Shown here: piece after piece, positions 59,581-64,000 of the stretch
How the letters are laid out: every line of letters begins with the position of its first letter
Numbering within the stretch: position 1 is the first letter of the stretch
DNA from: a virus
Direction: 5' to 3' (one strand)
Virus record (IMG/VR): IMGVR_UViG_3300017716_002841
Span: 41,317 to 105,316 of that record
Length of the DNA: 64,000 nt
Notes under the pieces: generated by a model
Seen by the model: only the letters and a program-made list of their open reading frames with translations
What the model was told of the DNA's origin: nothing
The model's database searches: none
Translations under genes and position numbers: made by a program

Positions 59581-60638
59581 TAAGTTTACCAGAAGATTAT
59601 GTTGTACAAAAGTTTTACGAGTTAGGCTACTACCCTAAAACTAACAAGTACAACAATACATATCAATGCTCGTGCCCTATTTGTAGGGAAGGAAGCGGAT
59701 CATCATTCGGTAAAAAAAAGCGTTGTTATTACATTCCTAAGAATGATAACATCTTTTGTCATAATTGTGGATGGTCAGGTAAACCTTATACGTGGATTAG
59801 GCAGGTATCAGGTAAGACTGACGTAGAAATTATTTCCGAAGTAGGAGAATATACAGGTGAACGAGAGATACTGCCTATTATAAGTGAACCTATTATAAAG
59901 AAGATAACTGAAACTCTACCTAAGGATTCTATTAACTTAAGTGACAGTCAGCAGCTTAAGTTTTACGGTGCGAATCCCATCGTCTCCGCTTGTCTAACAT
60001 TAATTCGTAGTAGACGTCTAGATACAGCGGTAAATCGTCCTGACAACCTTTATATATCGTTGACAGATCCGGTTCATAAAAATAGGCTGGTTCTACCTTT
60101 CAAAAATGAACGTGGTGATATTGAATTTTATCAGACAAGAACAATATTACCTGCTGATAATAAGACAAGACCGAAATATGTATCAAGAATTAATGCTGAA
60201 AAAACATTATTTAATATAGATAAGGTATCTAACGATTTACCTTATGTCTTTATATTTGAAGGCCCTATTAATGCTTTTTTTACAAAGAATAGCGTGGCTG
60301 TCGCTGGTATTACAGAAAGAGGTAATGCAACCTTTACTGAAAGGCAACAAAAGCAGGTAGATACAACTCTTAAGTGGTTAGACCGTATTTGGGTACTTGA
60401 TAGTCAATGGATTGATAATGCATCTCTTAAGAAATCAGAGACTTTATTGCTTAATGGTGAGAAAGTGTTTATCTGGCCAGAGAAGTTTGGTACAAAGTTT
60501 AAAGATTTTAATGATATTTGTATGAAGTGTAAGATAGATGAGATATCAGCAGAATTTATACAAAAAAATTCCTTCGAATCACTCGAAGGAATTATTAAGC
60601 TCTCTGAAATTAAAAAGTTTAGACTCCTCTGTAGCTAG
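59577..60638 (+). CDS. gp61: DNA primase
   Basis: CPIC...FCHNCG zinc finger, PKY, FEGPINA TOPRIM, KDFND. Confidence 0.9.
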   Translation: MISLPEDYVVQKFYELGYYPKTNKYNNTYQCSCPICREGSGSSFGKKKRCYYIPKNDNIFCHNCGWSGKPYTWIRQVSGKTDVEIISEVGEYTGEREILPIISEPIIKKITETLPKDSINLSDSQQLKFYGANPIVSACLTLIRSRRLDTAVNRPDNLYISLTDPVHKNRLVLPFKNERGDIEFYQTRTILPADNKTRPKYVSRINAEKTLFNIDKVSNDLPYVFIFEGPINAFFTKNSVAVAGITERGNATFTERQQKQVDTTLKWLDRIWVLDSQWIDNASLKKSETLLLNGEKVFIWPEKFGTKFKDFNDICMKCKIDEISAEFIQKNSFESLEGIIKLSEIKKFRLLCS

Positions 60639-61053
60639 CTTTATTTTCTGTTGTAATAGCAGAGTTAAATTTTTGAATAAGCGCAGCAACTTCTGTAGCT
60701 GCACGTGTAATTCTACTTTGTTGATCTTCAAGATCTTTAAGAATAGTATCTTCTTCAGCGCCTGCAATTGCTGATTGTATTGAATCACCTGTACCGTTAA
60801 GAAATTCGTTAAATTCTGTTAAGCGTTGTGACCATCCACTAATCTTTTCAACATATTGTGCATGTGCACGTGCTGTAGCTTCAGCAGCCGCAGCTGTATG
60901 TTGAGCTACTTCGTTATTAGCACCTTTACCGCTTGCAATATCTATGTCAAACTCTTCAGGATTAGTGTTCTGGTCTAGAGATTGCTCCATTGCTTGACGC
61001 TCTTCATCTTGCTCATTTAAAGCTTTAAAAAATCTACTCTCAAACTTAGTCAT
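60619..61053 (-). CDS. Hypothetical late coiled-coil protein
   Basis: TAAATA 5 nt upstream of ATG 61053; MTKFESRFFKALNE-Q. Confidence 0.65.
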   Translation of the reverse strand: MTKFESRFFKALNEQDEERQAMEQSLDQNTNPEEFDIDIASGKGANNEVAQHTAAAAEATARAHAQYVEKISGWSQRLTEFNEFLNGTGDSIQSAIAGAEEDTILKDLEDQQSRITRAATEVAALIQKFNSAITTENKASYRGV

Positions 61054-61086
61054 GTAAATATTTATGTTAAAGCATAAATATTTACA
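61053..61086. repeat. Perfect 14-bp inverted repeat forming back-to-back late promoters
   Basis: TGTAAATATTTATG-TTAAAG-CATAAATATTTACA between two divergent ATGs. Confidence 0.8.
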
Positions 61087-61428
61087 ATGGAAAATAGCGG
61101 TAAAAATCAATATTCTACTGGTCCACTTCATGCAGCTCCTGAATTAAGTATGGATAATGCCGCAGCGCAAATGAGACAGTATAAAGAAGAAGAAAAAAAT
61201 CATATTGCTCCTAAGCAATTGAAACTAAACTTACAGCAATCTGCTATCACACAAGTAGGTGACACAGTTAAGCGTATGATGGATTTTAGATCAGATATTG
61301 TAAACGCATCAAATCGTTCGCCAAATATAAGTAAAAAAGTTACAGATGACATTTTAAAAGTTATTGATGAAATAAATGTATTACTTACTATAGATTTACC
61401 GAATCAGCTTGATAAGTTAGCAGTTTAG
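61087..61428 (+). CDS. Hypothetical late protein
   Basis: TAAATA 6 nt upstream. Confidence 0.6.
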   Translation: MENSGKNQYSTGPLHAAPELSMDNAAAQMRQYKEEEKNHIAPKQLKLNLQQSAITQVGDTVKRMMDFRSDIVNASNRSPNISKKVTDDILKVIDEINVLLTIDLPNQLDKLAV

Positions 61429-61441
61429 AATATAATATATT

Positions 61442-61852
61442 ATGTTCAAATCGATAGTACTTTCTGTGTTTATAACAACATGTATTAGTCTTAGTGTAGG
61501 ATTCACGCTAAGACATTTTACTGGATTTGCAGAAGGTGCCGTCGGCGCTTTTGTTTTACAATTCATTGCTTTCTATATCTTTAATACAATTAAACAAGCT
61601 AAAACTGTAGAAAAAGTAGAAGATACGTCCGCATTAGAAGAAATAATTGCTTTACAAACAGCAACGGTTTCGTGTCCGTGTGGACAATACTCATTTTATA
61701 CACCAATTTTCTTAAATACTGACAACATCTTTACCTGTGAAAAATGCAAGAGTAAATTTAAAGTTGAACTTGCTTTCGATTCTATTTTAATAACAGAACC
61801 TCTAAATTTAGAAAAAGCCTACAATTTTCTCAAATCAAAGGAACTTCCGTAA
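61442..61852 (+). CDS. Two-TM membrane protein with zinc ribbon
   Basis: Two N-terminal hydrophobic helices; CPC...CEKC. Confidence 0.65.
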   Translation: MFKSIVLSVFITTCISLSVGFTLRHFTGFAEGAVGAFVLQFIAFYIFNTIKQAKTVEKVEDTSALEEIIALQTATVSCPCGQYSFYTPIFLNTDNIFTCEKCKSKFKVELAFDSILITEPLNLEKAYNFLKSKELP

Positions 61853-61862
61853 AATAGAGTAT

Positions 61863-62105
61863 ATGAGAAAATTCGACTTCGAACTTAAAACAGGTAAGAC
61901 AGTAAGCATGGATATTGATGAATTGACACGATGGGCTTGTCTCATCGAAGGGGTTGAGCAAGTATCAGCGAAATGTGAGCAGCTAGGTATTAGTAAAAAT
62001 AACGATGATTGGGTTAAGCCGCTCGCCTTTCAGAAATATATTGATGAAAGGTTTCATTCTATGAAGCATGACTTAACGGTAGAAGCAATGCTCGGTAATA
62101 TTTAA
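61863..62105 (+). CDS. Hypothetical protein
   Basis: 80 aa ORF. Confidence 0.6.
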   Translation: MRKFDFELKTGKTVSMDIDELTRWACLIEGVEQVSAKCEQLGISKNNDDWVKPLAFQKYIDERFHSMKHDLTVEAMLGNI

Positions 62106-62999
62106 TTATTTGCCACAAGCACAGCCACCACCGCCACCGCTACCTCCAGATATAGTTAGTAACTCTGTATTGAAGATTTCAAGTATATCGTCATGTACCA
62201 TATCTCGCTCTTCTTGAGTTATAGTATGTGTAAATTCAGACTCTACATCATCAAAATCTAGACCAAGTTCTATCCTTCCTATCATGTAATTACGATATCT
62301 ATCGATAGAAGTATTCGGGTATGGTACTACAGCGCGACCAAAGCGATGACACCAACCTAAGAAAGGTAAGCACAATGTTTTTTTACCACTGAGTATATAC
62401 TTCGCATGAATGTACAACTCCTCACCTCCAAACCCCCTAAAATTAGGATTAAAACCTAACCAAGAATCGGCTCTACAGCTAAAAACACCTAACCCCTGTC
62501 CCTTGATTTCAAAAGGCGCAGAATCAGAATTTACATATAGGGGATCTGTACCCCATATACCGTATGCATTATCTCGCCATTCTGCACTCATATGTGTACT
62601 AACCGCATCTAATGTATCATGTAATAATGGACCCTGTAAGAGATTGCCGTCATCTAATCCTGCATCATAAAAATCAATTAAGCGTTTAAGCGAACCAGAT
62701 TCAAATAAAACATGACAGTCAGTTACTAAAACGTAAGGAGTTTCTACCACTTCAAATATATTATTACGTAGAGATGTACCTGAATACTGCGTAAACTCTG
62801 CATACTTAACAGGTATAGTTGTAGTATCTAATATAAACTCTTTAACCATTTCACCCGCCACTGAATTGGGGTTATTATTGATAACAACAAACTCAATATC
62901 ATCAATTACCTCTTTATGGTGCATACGTATAGACTGTATAGTAAAATATACACCGTCAAAGTCGTCATAAACACACATACCTATAGTCAGCTTCTTCAT
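62106..62999 (-). CDS. GT2 glycosyltransferase with Gly-rich/CxC tail
   Basis: LTIGMCVYDD, VTDCH, GFNPNFRGFGGEE; C-terminus GGSGGGGGCACGK. Confidence 0.75.
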   Translation of the reverse strand: MKKLTIGMCVYDDFDGVYFTIQSIRMHHKEVIDDIEFVVINNNPNSVAGEMVKEFILDTTTIPVKYAEFTQYSGTSLRNNIFEVVETPYVLVTDCHVLFESGSLKRLIDFYDAGLDDGNLLQGPLLHDTLDAVSTHMSAEWRDNAYGIWGTDPLYVNSDSAPFEIKGQGLGVFSCRADSWLGFNPNFRGFGGEELYIHAKYILSGKKTLCLPFLGWCHRFGRAVVPYPNTSIDRYRNYMIGRIELGLDFDDVESEFTHTITQEERDMVHDDILEIFNTELLTISGGSGGGGGCACGK

Positions 63000-63029
63000 A
63001 TACAAATATTTACTTAGGTTTAAATAAAG

Positions 63030-63743
63030 TCAAGAAACAACTCCACTAACATGAAAATTATATAACTGAACAGTTGCTGCTACAGCAGAAAGCGATGTAG
63101 ATAAAGGAGAGCAAAATGTAAATCCTGCTCTAATGTTATTATTATTATATACATTTAAAATTCTATAATTTAATGATACTGTAGCAATATTTGTATATAG
63201 TGTATACCCCTTATGAGGTATATTATCTATTCTATGATCTACTGAAACTGTCTGTGTAGAGTTAGAATAATTGAATCGAAAGTAGTGAGTTCCAGAAAAG
63301 GAAATATTACTAGTAGAAAGAGGATCATTTAAAATTACATTATTAAGTATATCACGAACTATAAGACGGTTAGGTTTAATACTACTTAAAGGTAGACCAG
63401 GTCGTAAGCTGGAAGATAAAGCAAATAGACCTGTTGTATCAATAGCTATACTAACTAAATTGTACGGTCTTAGAGTACGTTGAACACCAGCGGATAATAT
63501 TTGAGCAGAAATAGAAGAAGAGGTTGTTGCCTTTGTATTTAAATAATGACCCGATAGAACGTTCGTTTCTGTAGTTGAGAGTAATGTTAGAAAAGTACAC
63601 AATCCGTATTGAGATTGTGCAGAAACCGAGCTGCACGTAAATTGATACGACCATGTAATGTCATAATTCGAATTAAATGCTTCATCTTTTGTTATAAAAG
63701 AAAAACTCCGTGCATTTGAGGGTAATATAATATCAGCTGGCAT
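63030..63743 (-). CDS. Ser/Thr-rich beta-sandwich protein (possibly lectin-like/structural)
   Basis: Beta-strand and Ser/Thr-rich composition only. Confidence 0.45.
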   Translation of the reverse strand: MPADIILPSNARSFSFITKDEAFNSNYDITWSYQFTCSSVSAQSQYGLCTFLTLLSTTETNVLSGHYLNTKATTSSSISAQILSAGVQRTLRPYNLVSIAIDTTGLFALSSSLRPGLPLSSIKPNRLIVRDILNNVILNDPLSTSNISFSGTHYFRFNYSNSTQTVSVDHRIDNIPHKGYTLYTNIATVSLNYRILNVYNNNNIRAGFTFCSPLSTSLSAVAATVQLYNFHVSGVVS

Positions 63744-63984
63744 ATTGTTTTAAAGTAAATCCACAGGTAATAGTATTTATATTTTTAAATGAATTAGTAA
63801 AGAAAAGAATATAACCAAGCTTTTCGACTTCTCTTTTTATTGTTTTGAAATGTATTATATCTATGTTCGTAATAATACTATTTCGTCGTCTATCAACCAA
63901 TACAAAGTCAGTAAATTCCTCACATAAACCTACTGCTCGTTCGTAGACTTTCATATTATGTATTATGAAACACTTAGATTCCAC
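63733..63984 (-). CDS. Hypothetical protein
   Basis: 83 aa ORF near the window edge; start uncertain. Confidence 0.45.
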   Translation of the reverse strand: MESKCFIIHNMKVYERAVGLCEEFTDFVLVDRRRNSIITNIDIIHFKTIKREVEKLGYILFFTNSFKNINTITCGFTLKQYAS

Positions 63985-64000
63985 GTCGCACCGTTGTAAA

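Noticed and set aside
281-63654. Many 60-120 aa ORFs antisense to, or out of frame within, recognised genes (e.g. 2176-2493, 7101-7355, 31090-31419, 57690-58058, 59001-59360)
   Set aside because: Fully nested in well-supported genes, with no motifs or promoter context; expected shadow ORFs
1-64000. tRNA genes, rRNA or a CRISPR array
   Set aside because: Intergenic gaps are mostly under 100 nt; no cloverleaf or spaced direct repeats seen by eye (tRNAscan-SE and CRISPR finders not run)
1-64000. Stop-codon reassignment
   Set aside because: Core genes are full length under the standard code, coding density is high, and TAA, TAG and TGA all end genes

Overview
This is an AT-rich, gene-dense 64 kb segment of a divergent T4-like (myovirus-type) phage genome. 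All calls come from motif recognition in the supplied translations; no database searches were run. Layout: (1) 1-10 kb, a rearranged head/neck block (gp15, gp20, gp13, gp4, gp21, gp22, gp23) followed by an HNH + methyltransferase pair; (2) 10-14 kb, DinG-type helicase, GroES-like protein, gp62 and a DUF366-like protein; (3) 14-27 kb, a glycan-biosynthesis island with about 10 glycosyltransferase-like genes, a tandem nucleotidyltransferase, a HAD phosphatase, a phosphoribulokinase-like fusion and a TylF methyltransferase; (4) scattered 7-deazaguanine genes (folE, queD, queE, an atypical queC and a stand-alone class II amidotransferase), with no dpdA in the window; (5) 30-39 kb, minus-strand late genes whose products start with T4 internal-protein-like capsid-targeting/gp21-cleavage leaders and include a protease, two kinds of nucleotidyltransferase, a ligase-like domain and a nuclease-like protein, which is the best candidate for an undescribed system (a virion-packaged, injected enzyme kit); (6) 39-61 kb, the T4-type replication/recombination core. 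Many transcription units appear leaderless: TTGAWW-N16/17-TATAAT or late TAAATA sits 5-8 nt before the start codon with no Shine-Dalgarno. No tRNA, rRNA, CRISPR array, intron or intein was recognised.
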